Positions 1 through 15,627 of a stretch of 64,000 nucleotides of DNA are shown in pieces. The stretch lies in assembly GCF_009914755.1 (NCBI RefSeq), contig NC_060926.1. One strand, written 5' to 3'. The notes beneath the pieces were generated by a model. That model saw only the letters and a list, made by a program, of their open reading frames with translations, searched no databases and was not told where the DNA came from. A program made the translations under genes and the position numbers. Source of the DNA: the human T2T-CHM13v2.0 reference genome, Homo sapiens. The first letter of the stretch is position 1; each line of letters begins with the position of its first letter.

Positions 1-161
1 TCTTTGACTCACTCTCTGCCTTCACTACCCCACCCCCCAATCAATTACCAAATCCTCTTTTATATTATTTTTGAGGTCTCTTGAATTTGTTCTTAGCGCT
101 ACCAGTGCTCTTACCTCCCAGGCTCCTTACAGCTAAGGAAAAGGCACAGGCCTCAATCCAC

Positions 162-546
162 TGTATTTGTTTATTACAGGGCATTCCACAACCAGATACT
201 ACAGACTGGCTGGCTTATACAACAGGAATCTATTTTCTCACAGTTCTGGAGGCTGAAAGTCCAAGATCAGTGTGCCAGCAGAGCTGATTTCTCTGAGGCC
301 TCTCTGCTTGGCTTGCCAACGGCCACCTTCCTGCTGTGTCTTCACATGGCCTTTTCTCTGTGCACACTCACCCCTTATATCTCTTCCTCTTCTTAGGACA
401 CCAGTCATATTGGATTAGGGCCCCACCCTTATGGCCCTATTTAACTTTAATTATCTCTTTAAAGGCCCTATGTCCAAATACAGTTCACATTGGTGGTTAA
501 GGCTTCAACATGTGAATTTTGGGAGGACAAAATTCAGTCCATAACA
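162..546 (-). mobile_element. MaLR solo LTR (MLT1A/B-like)
   Basis: Typical CTCACAGTTCTGGAGGCTG..AGTCCAAGATCA and ..AATTCAGTCCATAACA segments; TG..CA ends. Confidence 0.85.
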
Positions 547-1190
547 TGGTACCAATCAGCCATGCTGGGGCCAGGTTTAGACTCAGGAGCTGGTGAGGAA
601 AGGATACCATACCAGCAACAATGGCAGAGGCCAACGTCACATTGCTCCTGAGTTTGGAAGTCACAACGTGGTTGGCAGCAGTGGAGACTGGTGTAAATTT
701 GCATTCCAGGCTCAAAAGTTACTCAGAAGTGATGCATAAATGGCAGTGCAAGCTGACATGCCTGGTGGTAGTAGTTGTGATGATCTTATCAGACCAGTTC
801 TGCAAGGAAGTGGGCACTATTTCTAGAAGTTTGGCTTTAAGGGTATTCTCCAGGCTTCTTAACAATTTTATTTGGCCCTATATCATGTGATGTTTATGAT
901 ACATGAGAAAAATAATATGGTTCTTGTAGCTTATTTGGTATTAATAATTAGTTATTCAATATGACTCATGTCATGAATATGCCTATAGCACATTTTTAAA
1001 TAAATGTATTTTTATATCTGTTGAAATCATAGCAGTTCAGATACTTTCGAGAACAAGAAAATACGTTTGTGAGTGGGGTCATCTAAATGTTAGAAATGAC
1101 TTGAGCAAGTTGTAGAACCTGGGTCTCCCATATCCTTTAAACAAACTCCCTTTCTACCTAATCATTTAGAGTTGAGTTTGCTTAAAATGA

Positions 1191-1647
<457 letters not shown>

Positions 1648-1649
1648 TG

Positions 1650-2140
1650 ACCCCTCAGTTGCAAGTGTCAGAATACCGATTCAAAATAGCCTAAGCAAAA
1701 AAAGATTACTTATTAAGCAGACATAGCTATGAAGTCCAAAGGAATAGATAAAACTCCAGCCTTTCAGGTGTGGCTGTATTCAGGGGCTCAGATTATGTCC
1801 TTAGGGCTGTGTCTGTCTTCATCTCCTAACTCCCTTCGTGTGTCAGCAAAGAGAGACTCTGGCTACTTGAACTTTGAAGGAGAAAGATGGAGGTATATCC
1901 CTCTCAACCTCTCTCTCTCTCCAACAAAACTCTGCATTCTGATTGGTCCTGGGCGAATTTTGTGTTATTCACTGGAACAGTGTCCACAAGGATGAGATTC
2001 TAATGAGCTGGGCTGGACTATGTAACAGGTGCCAAGGTAGGAGAAGTGGGCACGGTCCCACGAGGTCAAGGACAGCCAATTTCCCAAAGGAAAAAAAAGT
2101 CTCAACAGAATAATTTCCAAAACATACCAGCTTTGGGCAC
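1650..2140 (-). mobile_element. Old MaLR LTR (MLT1J/K/L-like), degenerate
   Basis: CAGTTGCAAGTG.CAGA...CTAAGCAAAAAAAG start and CTCTGATTGG segment; boundaries approximate. Confidence 0.5.
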
Positions 2141-3079
2141 CAGTATATGCTCCACCCCTTGAAATCACACTGGCTAGTTCCCTGTTCTGCCAGTGGGAGG
2201 TGGGCTCTGGTGTTTGGACAGGAAAGATGACCCTGGCCTTTCCCAGGAAGAGGCTGCTCTGTGTCTGAGGGAGGCAAGCTTCCTCTGGAGGGATTGTGAG
2301 GCTTGTCCTACTGGACCCAAGGCCTGTGTGCTGTAGCTCTGCTTTCCCCTCTAGGTCACTGCTTTTGAAGCTGGATGAGTTCACTTTTCACTAGTGCTGG
2401 GAGCATCACCAACCCTTGTTGTCTCTCATGGCCCTGCAGGAAGCCCTATGTGGTCTTTTGACAGCTCACTCCCTGCATCCAGGGAGAATCGAGCCCATTG
2501 TTTCAGGGGGTTTCCTTTAGGCTAATCTGAGGAGTGTGAAAGAACCCATTTAGAGAGGCCTGATGAATAAGGACAAAATAAAGATCAAACTCAGGCAAAA
2601 TCAAAAGCTATTTGTTAACAGGCAAGATGTTCTTCAAAGTCTTTATCAGGAGCAAGGAAGACTTGCAGCACTATGTGGAGAAAGTAGGGTCTGGTGGGTG
2701 GGGGGCATTCATTTGAAGTTCCAAACAGATGACTCCTGGCCCAGCCGCTGGGCTCAGCATTATCAGTAAGTCTCTTGGGTTAAGTGGGCAGTGCTGGTGG
2801 ATAAGGGTCTGGGAAAAATAATAAGTCATCCAGTAGCAGGTAATGTTTATTGGAGAAACTCTCCAAGCCCTCCTGTCCTTGCACTCACCCTCAGGAAGGA
2901 ACCCCATGCTGCAAATTAGAGAAACTTTCCTAATCCAGGGTTCCTGGTGTAGGAAATCGAGCTATCCTGGTGTCATGTAAACCATGCAATTACTTTTCAG
3001 ATGATAAACAAATACACGGAGGCATCAGCTTCCTTAAACCAACACTAGAATGAGAGCATGATGGTGCTTCCAGAGTTGG

Positions 3080-3320
3080 TCTCCTGAATGTCGGCTTAAA
3101 TGCCTACCATACGCCAGGTAGGCATTGTGCCCACATGATCTCATTTGATTCTCAACACACCCTAGACTCTTATTTTCTCCACTTTACAGATGTAGGAACT
3201 GAGAGAAGTGCATGCAGTTCACTTAAGTTTTCACAGCTAATACATAGAAGAAGTGGGAGTTGAACCCCTGTGATTTGCTCTATCCAAAGCCTGTGTTCCT
3301 AATCACTTACCATACTGCCA
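3080..3320 (-). mobile_element. MIR
   Basis: Core ..CTCCACTTTACAGATGTAGGAACTGAG.. and ..GTTGAACCC.. Confidence 0.75.
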
Positions 3321-3679
3321 TTCTCACTAGACCCAACAGGGACATCATCTCCTTTTTCCTTGGAAAATGGAATGGAGGTAGTCTCATGCCAAACATTGGT
3401 CCTAGATGGAAAGACTGAGGCACACAGAGATTAAAGTGATCCACCTGGGACTATCACCGTTCACGAAATTGACCATAAAGAATGGATTTTGCTTTCTTAC
3501 TGTAAAACACAACAAGCTATGTGTCAAACACCAACAGATGTAAGGATGTTGGGGTGGTGGTGGCCGAAAGAGTCACCCAGAAGCCAGAGTTACTCAGGCC
3601 CATCAAGTTAATGCATGTAATGATTACTATCAGGATACAGGTGTGTCTTAATATCATTCCTTAAAAGAATGACAACTAC

Positions 3680-3977
<298 letters not shown>

Positions 3978-3990
3978 GAATGACAACTAC

Positions 3991-4178
3991 AAACTGTGTT
4001 GCACAAAACAGTAGCTATAATCCTTGTTACATGTAGCTATTTAAATTTAAATTTGAATTAATTGAAATGAAATGAAATTTAAACTTCAGGTTCTCAGTGC
4101 TACCAGCCCCCTTCCGAGTGTCCAATAGCAGATACAGAGCATTCGCATCATTACAGAAGGTGCTATTGGATGGCGCTG
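3991..4178. mobile_element. MER3/MER33-like hAT-Charlie MITE
   Basis: ..ATGTAGCTATTTAAATTTAAATT.. core and ..CTATTGGATGGCGCTG terminus. Confidence 0.7.
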
Positions 4179-4179
4179 C

Positions 4180-5470
<1,291 letters not shown>

Positions 5471-5909
5471 AAACCTTCCTGATCTAAGATATTTGCGGAC
5501 TGATAATCTGGCCAGGAGTCAAGGTGGGGATATGACTGTAGCTGACTCCCTTGAGAGTCAGTCAGAGACAGACGAGGACCCAAGTTATTGGGAAGAGGAG
5601 GACTGTACAGTTAGAAACAGAGAGCTTCATTGAATGTGCTTTTTGCCCTTGGCCAGATGAGCATGGCCCGTGTTTTAAACTAATTTCTCTGGTATTTTGT
5701 GACTCTACTTATATCTTAAGAATGTCAATTCCTCTTAATCTTTTTTTATTTCTTCTTAAATATGTTAACCCAATGTCAGTGTGACTTTTTCCAAACCATT
5801 CTTGGGCCTTAGTTTCCCCATCCATAAAGTGATTTGGTTTTTGGTAGATAATTCTTAAACTTCCTCTCAGTATTATATTCCTAATCGCCTGTCATTAAAA
5901 AAAAAAAAA

Positions 5910-6400
5910 ATTCAGACTATATTCTTTCAGGAAAGCAATTTAACAATAATGTGTAAAAGACTCAAAATAATTTCACTTGTAGAACTTTATCCTACAGAAA
6001 TAGTCAGAAATTTGAACAGAGATTCATCCACAACTATGTTAGTCTTAGATTTATAAATGATAAGTCAGAAACAACAGTAAGAAAGGCTGAATAAATTAGG
6101 ATACTTACACATGTTTGAATATTATAATGTTGGAATGTATTTGAATATTGAAATACAAATTCCCAGTATCATTGGAAATGAGGATTTAAAAAAAAAATGA
6201 TGAGGAAAGATGTTTAGAGTCCAATGTTAAATCATTTATAATCTCAGTCTATAGAACATATATTCATGGGAGAAAAGCTGGAGGAAATATCTCAAAATGT
6301 AGCTTGTAATTATCTCTGCATCATGAGATTTGCCTCTTTACATTTTTAAAATATTTGTCATTGTTTTCTAAGTAATCTTCAGTAAATATAGAATACTTCT
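5910..6400 (+). mobile_element. Old L1M 3' fragment
   Basis: ..TTCACTTGTAGAACTTTATCCTACAGAAATA.. and ..ATAAATTAGGATA.. resemble L1MC/ME 3' region. Confidence 0.55.
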
Positions 6401-7709
6401 TGCAGCCAGTGACTTGGCTGAAACAGATTCCAGTACTATGAGTTTAGAGTCAGAAGTCTCGGGTTTAGTTCAATTTATTCAACAAATATTTATTGAACAC
6501 CTTGTATGAGTCAGACACTGTGCCATGAGCTGGGGATCACAGGATAATGCAGGGTCTGGCCTAAGAGACCGACTGAAGGCTGAAAATCTGCCATGGGGGT
6601 GCTTGCAGCACGGTAGGGGAGCGCAGGAAGTGGAAGGGGGTGTCTGGGGAGAGAAATTCACAGGACACAGGGTTTCAGAGACAGCATCCTGAGGGTACAC
6701 CAGATCCCACTTACTTGCTTGTGATCTTGGATCAGACATTTAACCTCTCAGCTCCCCATCTGTAAAATAAAAACACCACTGGTTGCCTCTACTAAAGCAG
6801 ATGGTGATTGTTGAGAAAATCACATATTGAGAAGGCATATAGAAGGCTGTTGGGCTGTTGGCACCTGAGAAATGCTATCAGAGGCCTATGGACTTAACCT
6901 ACAGATGGCAGGAAGGGGTTGTGGAGGGGCCTTGATTTAACGATTAGCAGAGCAGCGAGGCCTGGAGCCAGTTAGATGACAATCCTCTTGTGTCTTCAGT
7001 GTGACTGCCACTTCTCCCTTCTCTTAGCTATTCTGAGGTGTGTTATGGCTCAAGGGAAGGGCAAAAAAGCTGATGCTGGAATAAAATGGGGCTCTGTGGG
7101 AGATTCTCAGCTTCCACATTGCAGTGTCCCCTCCTACCCTCTTCCTGCTTCAGCTCTGAGAGTGACCTGAAATTGTCACGTTTGATCACCCAGAGGAAAC
7201 TGTGCTCCCACTGAGGACTTGCTATGTTAAAATGAGCAAGCCCCTGTACTGTCTGGAGTTAGACTGGGGCACTTGTGGGGCTGGTAGTGTTGATGTTCAG
7301 TTTGCAGCTGTCCCTGGTAGATTCTTGTGTCAGTGGCATCCCTCACTGGTTGCAGATCCTGGGTCACTACACATTTCAGAACTAAGGGGAAAGGCTGCAG
7401 CTTCTCCTTGAGTGGCTGGATTTGAAACCTGGTTAGATCTGTGCGCTCAGAAAGGCATGGAAACCAGAGATGGAGCCGGCTGGTTTCCTAAAAACAGGCA
7501 GATCGGGTGCTTCTCCTGACCATTCTTTCAGGGTGGCTCTGGCTCTCTTCTAGGGTTCCTATAGAGAATATTTGGTTCATTCTCACTCACTTTCTCTTCC
7601 CCTCTGTTCTTTCCTCCTCTCTTCCATCTCTTTCATTTATTCATTTTCAACAAATATGTACTGAGACCTGTTGTGCATCTGGCACTGTGGGGAAAAAACA
7701 AAGTGAAAT

Positions 7710-9047
7710 TGTGTCCATAATTGGTGGGCGCTTGGTCTCACTGACTTCAAGAATAAAGCCACTGACCCTCGCGGTGAGTGTTACACTTCTTAAAGGCAGT
7801 GTGTCCAGGGTTTGTTCCTTCTGATGTTCGGATGTGTTTGAAGTTTCTTCCTTGTGGTGGGTTCGTGATCTCCCGGCTTTAGAAGTGAAGCTACACACCT
7901 TCCCGGTGAGTATTACAGCTCTTAAGGCGGTGCGTCTGGAGTTGTTCGTTCTTCCCAGTGGGTTCGTGGTCTCGCTGGCCGCAAGAGAGAAGCTGCAAAC
8001 TCTCGTGGTGTTACAGCTCATAAAGGCAGCACGGACCCAAAGAGCAAAATAACAAAGCTCCCAGAGATTAGAAGGAGACCCCAGCGGGTTATCACTGAGG
8101 GCGCGGGGCAGTCTGCTTTTATTCTCTTATCTGGCCCCACCCACATCCTGCTGATTGGTCCATTTTATAGAGAGCCGATTGGTCTGTTTTACAGAGAGCT
8201 GATTGGCCCGTTTTGACAGGGTGCTGATTGGTGCATTTATAATCCCTGAGCTAGACACAAAAGTTCTTCACATCCCCACTAGATTAGCTAGATACAGAGT
8301 GCTGATTGGTGCATTCACAAACCCTGAGCTAGACACAGGGTGCTGATTGGTGTGTTTACAAACCTTGAGCTAGATACAGAGTGCTGATTGCTGTATTTAC
8401 AATCCCTTGGCTAGACATAAAGGTTCTCCAAGTCCCCGCCAGACTCAGGAGCCCAGCTGGCTTCACCCAGTGGATCCCCCACGGGGGACTGTAGGTGGAG
8501 CTGCCTGCCAGTCCTGCGCCGTGCGCCCACACTCCTCAGCCCTTGGGAGGTCGATGGGACTGGGCACCCGTGGAGCAGGGGGCGGTGCTCGTCGGGGAGG
8601 CTCCGCCCCGCAGGAGCCCACGCGGCCGGGAGGCTCAGGCACGGTGGGCGGCAGGTCCCAAGCCCTGCCTCGCTGGAAGGCAGCTAAGGCCCCGCGAGAA
8701 GTCTAGCACAGCAGCTGCTGGCCCAGGTGCTAAGCCCCTCACTTCCCGGGCCGGCAGGGCCGGCTGGCCGCTCGGGGTGCGGAGCCCGCCGAGCTCACGC
8801 CCACCTGGAACTCGCGCTGGCGCGCAAGCGCCGCGCACAACCCCTGCTCCCGCCCGCGCCTCTCCCTCCACACCTCCCCGCAGGCTGAGGGAGCCGGCTC
8901 CGGCCTCGGCCAGCCCAGGAAGGGGCTCCCACAGTGCAGCGGCGGGCTAAAGGTCTCCTACAGCGCCGCCAAAATGTGAGCCCAGGCAGAGGAGGCGCCG
9001 AGAGTGAGCAAGGGCTGCCAGGGCTGTCAGCATGCTGTCACCTCTCA
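7710..9047 (-). mobile_element. Full-length solo LTR12 (ERV9; LTR12C/D-like)
   Basis: Minus strand starts TGAGAGGTGACAGC and ends ..CCACCAATTATGGACACA; 4-bp TSD AAAT (7706-7709, 9048-9051); tandem CCAAT repeats 8150-8390; CpG-rich U3. Confidence 0.96.
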
Positions 9048-9179
9048 AAATGGTACCAGAAATTTGAGATGCATACTATGGAACTTCTGGAGAGTGATGA
9101 CTGCCAGGGAAAATGGCCAGCTTAGGCTTCGTGAGGATCTTTCAGGTAAGGCTTCATGGAAAAGGGTTCTGTTCAGCTC

Positions 9180-9181
<2 letters not shown>

Positions 9182-9214
<33 letters not shown>

Positions 9215-9662
9215 AGACGGAGTCTCACTCTGTTGCCCAGGCTGAAGTACAGTGGCGCCATCTCAGTTCACTGCAACCTTGGTCTCCCACGTTCAAGGCA
9301 TTCTCCTGTCTCAGCCACCTGAATAGCTGGGATTACAGGCACGCGCCACCACATCCAGCTAGTTTTTTTTTTTTTTGAGACAGAGTCTCGCTCTGTCGCC
9401 CAGGCTGGAGTGCAGTGGCGCGATCTCGGATTGCTGAAAGCTCCGCCTCCCGGGTTCACGCCATTCTCCTGCCTCAGCCTCCCGAGTAGCTGGGACTACA
9501 GGCACTCGCCACCACACCCGGCTGTTTTTTTTTTTTTTTTTTTTTTTTTGTATTTTTAGTAGAGACTGGGTTTCACCGTGTTCGCCAGGATGGTCTCGAT
9601 CTCCTGACCTCGCAATCCACCCGCCTCGGCCTCCCAAAGTGTTGGGATTACAGGCGTGAGCC
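9182..9662 (-). mobile_element. Composite Alu: AluY (9363-9662) fused to an AluS right arm (9182-9362)
   Basis: AluY diagnostics (GAGATCGAGACCATCCTGG, GAATGGCGTGAACCCGGG) then a second right monomer; 13-bp TSD TCAGCTCAGTTTT at 9173-9185 and 9663-9675. Confidence 0.93.
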
Positions 9663-11129
9663 TCAGCTCAGTTTTATAGTAGAGTTAGAATCTGGCTATG
9701 CAGAAAGAAAGTCCATTCCAGGTGGAGGGAACAGCACAAACAAGGGTGTGGAGGTGGGGACCATGGGATGTGTTTCGAGTAGGGTGCAAGGGGAGGAGCC
9801 AGGACAGACAACAGCCTGCCTACCTTCGTTTCTTCTGTTTCTCTCACGGGATGGATAAAACCTTACTCAGCCATGGGAATTCCATTTCCTCACACAAAAC
9901 CTTCCTTTCCTCCAGTTTTGAAGGAGTAATATCTGTATAGTGAAGCTCTTCCAAAGCTTTTAACCTGCTGGGTGGAGAATTTTGGCATAAAAGAATGACA
10001 AAGGCAACACTAACTCCTTCAGTTCAGAGAGGATCTTTCCTTCTAAGTTACAGAAAGCATTAACATCATCGTTAGCAACATCTAGCCTTTTTTTTTTTAG
10101 AGCCTGCTCTTTCTGTGTGACACTCATAAAACCATTTTCTAATGGCAGTCCCAGACCTTAAGAAGCTCCATTGTACACACCTGCAGGCCAACAGGTGCCT
10201 TGAGAACAGGGCCTGGTATTCTTATAAGTCTTCTGTGGTGCATCATGACAGTTGACCGATAGCACCAATGAGGACAGATGTGTAGGGACATTTGTTCTGC
10301 ATAATCTGGGAATAAGAAAAAAGTGGTAACAACCCATTTTCCAGGAAGACAAATTGAGACAAAGCACATGAAAAGCTTCACTCAGGGTTTCTGCCAGAAT
10401 TTGGCAAGTTTCTCTTCCAAGTTTTGGCCCATGGCAAGCTCTGCATGGCCTTGGCAGGGTGGGGGTCTGTCATGTCTACCACATGGCTGCTCTCCTGCAG
10501 TGCTGGAGGATGAGGCCATTTGGAGACAATCACCTTCTGTCTCTGGGCTCTGACATCTGGGAGGTGGACGACCAACAGGCCTTGGCCGGGCCTCCTGGCC
10601 CTTCGGCGTGCCGCATGTTTGTTGGAAGCCGTTTTTCCGGAGAAAGCCACAGCAGTGAAGGTCACCTTCTGGACAAATAATTCCGGTCCAGGGGTACCAG
10701 ATGCAATTGGGAATCTGAGGCAATGAACAAATGCACAAATGACTTTGTCTTCAAAGAAAATAGGATTCGACAGAACTGTGGCTGTCCCTTGCTCAATAGG
10801 ATTGGCACACTGCAGAGAAGCCACTGAGGGTGGCTTGGTTAGAATCCAATTTTAGTAATTAGTTCTATTCACAATAAGGCGTGTTAATAGGTCCCATGTT
10901 GAGCAGGCAGAATCCCCTGTCTCAGGTGCCAAGTGCCAATTAATGAAATCAACATTTATGTCCCACAGGTAAACAACTGTTCTGCATTCATTCTCTTGGA
11001 GCTGCAGGCAGGCATTTCCCCCAGTAGGTGCTCTGTCAGATAATAGACCGTAAGCTTCAAGAAGACAGGGGTCATGTCTGTTTTGCTCACCACTATATTC
11101 TCAGTGCCTGCCTTACCTTTAGACACCTA

Positions 11130-11970
<841 letters not shown>

Positions 11971-12526
11971 TCATCCAACTGTAAACAGCTTGCCCAGTCA
12001 CTGTCATTTATAGTATTGTTCTATGTTTTTCCTAACACAGAAATTGTCTTTTTTGGCTTCTTGGTGTATTTCCTATCTCTCTTTTCAGTATGTAAGTTTT
12101 ATGAGGATAGGAGGAGATCTTGCCTGTCTGACTCACCTTTAAATTCCTACAGGCTAGAATGGTTCTTGCCACATAGTGGGGTCTCAAAAAAATATTTCTT
12201 GAATGAAACAGTGAATGGATTTCATTAATTTTACTTACAGTGAGACTAGCTAAGCAAAGAGCTTGAGAAGAAGCTATCACATATATTGATTGGCTAAGGT
12301 GCCCTTTGCTGTTTGTATACTTTCCTTAATTCCTTTCATTATAAATTAGCACTTACTGAAGCCTGGCATGTGAAAATAAAGGACTTTACATTTGTGGAGA
12401 TATTGTTATATTTCCTGTCTTCTACCTCAATTCTTAGTCTCCTCTTTCCCCCACTCCAATGCCTTTTCATCATGTGCAGTTATGCAAGGGAAACCTTTGG
12501 TTTGCTTGGATTTTCTGCATCAAAAA

Positions 12527-12583
12527 CACCACCACCACCACCACCAACGTCAGTATCATCATCAACAACAACAGCAACAGCAA
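12527..12583 (+). repeat. Compound CAN trinucleotide repeat (CAC/CAT/CAA/CAG)
   Basis: CACCACCAC..CATCATCAACAACAACAGCAACAGCAA read directly. Confidence 0.85.
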
Positions 12584-14010
12584 AGCTTTATTTCTAAGAT
12601 TTCCTTTCTCTTCCTTCCCCTGCTCTTACCTCAGATATTTATCTTGGCTTCTCAGTATTTACCTTTAATGTTTCCTTTATTTATTCATGTTTGCTTCTTA
12701 ATCTTAGATCCAAATGGGCAGAAAAATTACACAGAAAATGATGGAGGCAAGATTTGCACTTGAAAATCAGAATTCTATTTATTCACTCGTTAATAATAAA
12801 AGTGAAAAATACTCTTTTCTAATCAGATGTACACCTAATGAAATCTTTCTCTTATTTCTCACCAGCCATCATTAGTGAGCTAATCTCTAGGTTTTGTAAG
12901 GAACAATATACAAAATCAATGTTTTCTTAACACAGCTTCATTTAAAAAAAAAGTACAGCATGAGAAATGAGTGTATTTGGACTCAGGTTGGAGTTTTGTC
13001 ATAAAATGGCCAAACACAGGATAGGTTTCCTTTTGCCTTTATGGTCAGGGACCACAGCATCTAAACATCAGTTGGAATCAAGAGATGGACCTTGATTTTC
13101 CCAGAAGGCTTTTGTATTATTCATATCTGTTGCTCTTCACGTCTAAGGCTGAGAAAAAAAATTAAGTCAGAGGGATGAATGACTTTCTAGCACAGACATT
13201 TCAGACAGTTTTGGTGTTGTAACAGAGTGCTGTAGTCATTTTTACTTTAGGAGGAAGATGAGGAGGTAGAGAGAACCTTCCCTTTCACTCCTCAGATTAC
13301 CCCTCCTGGACAACTGCCGACCTGGCTTCTCCTCCAGCCTGGCTCTGACCATGAGCCCCACATGTCATATGTGACATGAAATATGTGGATGGCAGGGTGC
13401 CCATTTCTCAAAAAACCTCATATGGAGGGCTTCAGCTGGGTCCGTTAAATCCCTCAGTTTTTAAAAGACTATGTGTGCTGGCTCTGTTGGAAATTTATGA
13501 CTTGCTAGGATCTTTCTTTTCTCTTCTTTCCGCATGGGACTTGTGCATCAAGTTTGTCTTCCTTGGTTTTGTCTTTAGCGTTGTGTTTCAAATCAGCCCA
13601 TGAGGGCACTGATTTCAGTGGGTGAGTGAAAAGAAAGGAATCCAGCTCAAGGCCACCTGCACCTCTTCCTGTCACTGACATCGTCAAAAGGGATTTATTA
13701 AGCACTGTCTTGTGCCTGATCTCCTCTGGAGTCTAATTTTATTGTTGAGAACTCTCAGACCTTAATGGGTATCCAAGTGTTTTGGATTCATTTGCAGATG
13801 AGGCTTAACAGCGTTTCAAATATTTGAAGACCATGTTCCACATATACTTCTCATGCTTTTATTCAATTACTACCTGTTATTATAGGTTTATAAATTGAGT
13901 GCATTAGACTTGCACTTGCTGAGCCAATTTTTATAAAGATCTCATCCAGAGAGTCGATACAGGGAGCGTTTTGAAGTGAACTCTTTTCCTCTGGACTGTA
14001 CCCCCAGCCA

Positions 14011-14053
14011 TTTGTCCATGTCACGTTTGTCCATGTCACGTTTGTCCATGTCA
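14011..14053 (+). repeat. 15-bp tandem repeat (TTTGTCCATGTCACG) x about 2.9
   Basis: Two perfect units plus a 13-bp partial unit. Confidence 0.95.
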
Positions 14054-15524
14054 GTGCCCTGACCCTTGTCTGCAGGTAGCCAGGATATCGGATCCTGGAA
14101 AACCCAAGGACAGGGATCAAAACGTGGATGACAGGAAGCTCAGCAGGAGGATATTAACACTAATTAGAATACTTTTTCCTGAACACAGATAATGATGGCT
14201 TTCTTTGTTCAGCATCCTGGTAAATCCCCTCACTACAGATTTCCATACTCTGAACCAAATCTGAGCATCTGGAGGGAACTGCTGTTATGGCTGAATTAGC
14301 CATTCCAATTAGAGAAAGGAGGGAGTCGCCTCTGTGTCTCCATTTCCCAATCATCTGCAATAACTGGATTTCAGGGGGGTTATACAAGCATTCCTGCAAG
14401 GAAGAAGCATTAACTATGACATGACCTATTCAACATATGCAGAAGTTATGTGCTGAGGAAAGGTAGGGATATGCAGAATTATTTTGAATTGACACTTAAT
14501 TTCTGCCCCCCTACTCACTGCACTAGCTCTGTGCTAAATTAATGCCACTTATATCTTGCTTTTAAATAAAAATTTATGGATGACAGCTGAGGTCCTTCTT
14601 AGGGTGTTTATGATTTGGGATTAAGATCCTTAAGTGCTGGGGCAACTCATTAGCTTGTGCACACTACCCACTTTTATGTAGTCAGGAAAGGAAAGGAAAG
14701 GAAAGAAGGAAGAAGTATGTAGTGGGGGACGGGAAAGAACAAAGGGAAAATAGGCCACCATTTTCAGATAATAATAACATAATTATTACGATTATGAAAT
14801 TATTATTATTATTATTTTGCTGGAGCAATTAAAGGGCTTCCTTTAAGAGTTAGAAGATCAAATGCTACCCTAAGTATAAAAGAATAGGCATCTTGGCCAA
14901 AATTTAAATTCACTTTGAAGTAGAGTTTTAGACACAATTTAAATTCTAAACCTTGTATTTGTAAAAAATTTTAAGAAAACAATGAAACCTACAAGAAACA
15001 TTCTACCATGCAAAACCCATTCCTGCAAGTTGGACTTGGGCTTATTGGGCAGGGATAGGCAGATATGAAGGCCAGTGTGTAACCTTGAGCCCTAACCAAA
15101 ACCCACATCCCAAATGCTTCCGTGGCAGACAGACTCCTTTCCACGTCCACTGATGAAGAGGTGGCAAAGCAGATGGGTCTCCAGTTGCCCTTTCCTGAGC
15201 AGACTCCCTGCCATGACTGTCCCCTGCTGGGGCAACCCCTAGGAGACTCTGTCATGGAGAGTCATGTAGCCGTGGGGCATAAGGTGTTCTCAGAATGCAG
15301 TTCCTTGTACTAGGACTTGAACTGTCTTACCCCTCACCTTTCGGCAAAAGTGCAAAGGGAGGCTATAGCCCACTCTTTTCTTTCTGCTTCCAGCTCCATT
15401 CCACATTTCAGGGGGGTTCTTCTTCCTTAGACCTGGGGACACTCCAGCTGGCACATTCAAGTTCCATTTTTCTCCCCATCCCAAATAGCTGTGCCTTGGC
15501 TGTCGTTGGGCCTAAGAATGTGCA

Positions 15525-15627
15525 TCTGAACGATGAGATGTCAACAGAAGGGATGCAGACCACTTTCAGATTGTGGCCCTAAAATTGTCCTTTCCCTCCT
15601 GGCTGGGACACAGTTGTAAGGGCTGAA
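15525..15627 (+). repeat. 103-bp direct copy of 18362-18464
   Basis: 102/103 identical by eye; flanked by duplicated GAATGTGCATC. Confidence 0.95.

Larger units (their letters stand above)
7630..9780 (-). mobile_element. L2 remnant hosting the LTR12 and the Alu trimer
   Basis: L2 3' end TTCATT..CAACAAATATGTACTGAG at about 7640; L2-like sequence resumes at 9052-9172 and 9676-9780 (CATTCCAGGTGGAGGGAACAGCA). Confidence 0.65.

Noticed and set aside
2510-2860. Possible old LTR
   Set aside because: Could not assign family or boundaries from sequence alone.
8150-8420. Regularly spaced GCTGATTGG repeats resembling an array
   Set aside because: Normal internal CCAAT tandem repeats of LTR12, not CRISPR-like.
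8407-8950. Several ORFs of 78-151 aa
   Set aside because: Lie in GC-rich LTR12 U3; no gag/pol/env sequence is present.
10378-10824. Overlapping 118-148 aa ORFs
   Set aside because: No recognisable homology, splice structure or pseudogene hallmarks.
12392-12763. ORF with poly-His/poly-Gln
   Set aside because: Produced by a CAN microsatellite; non-ATG start and no exon context.
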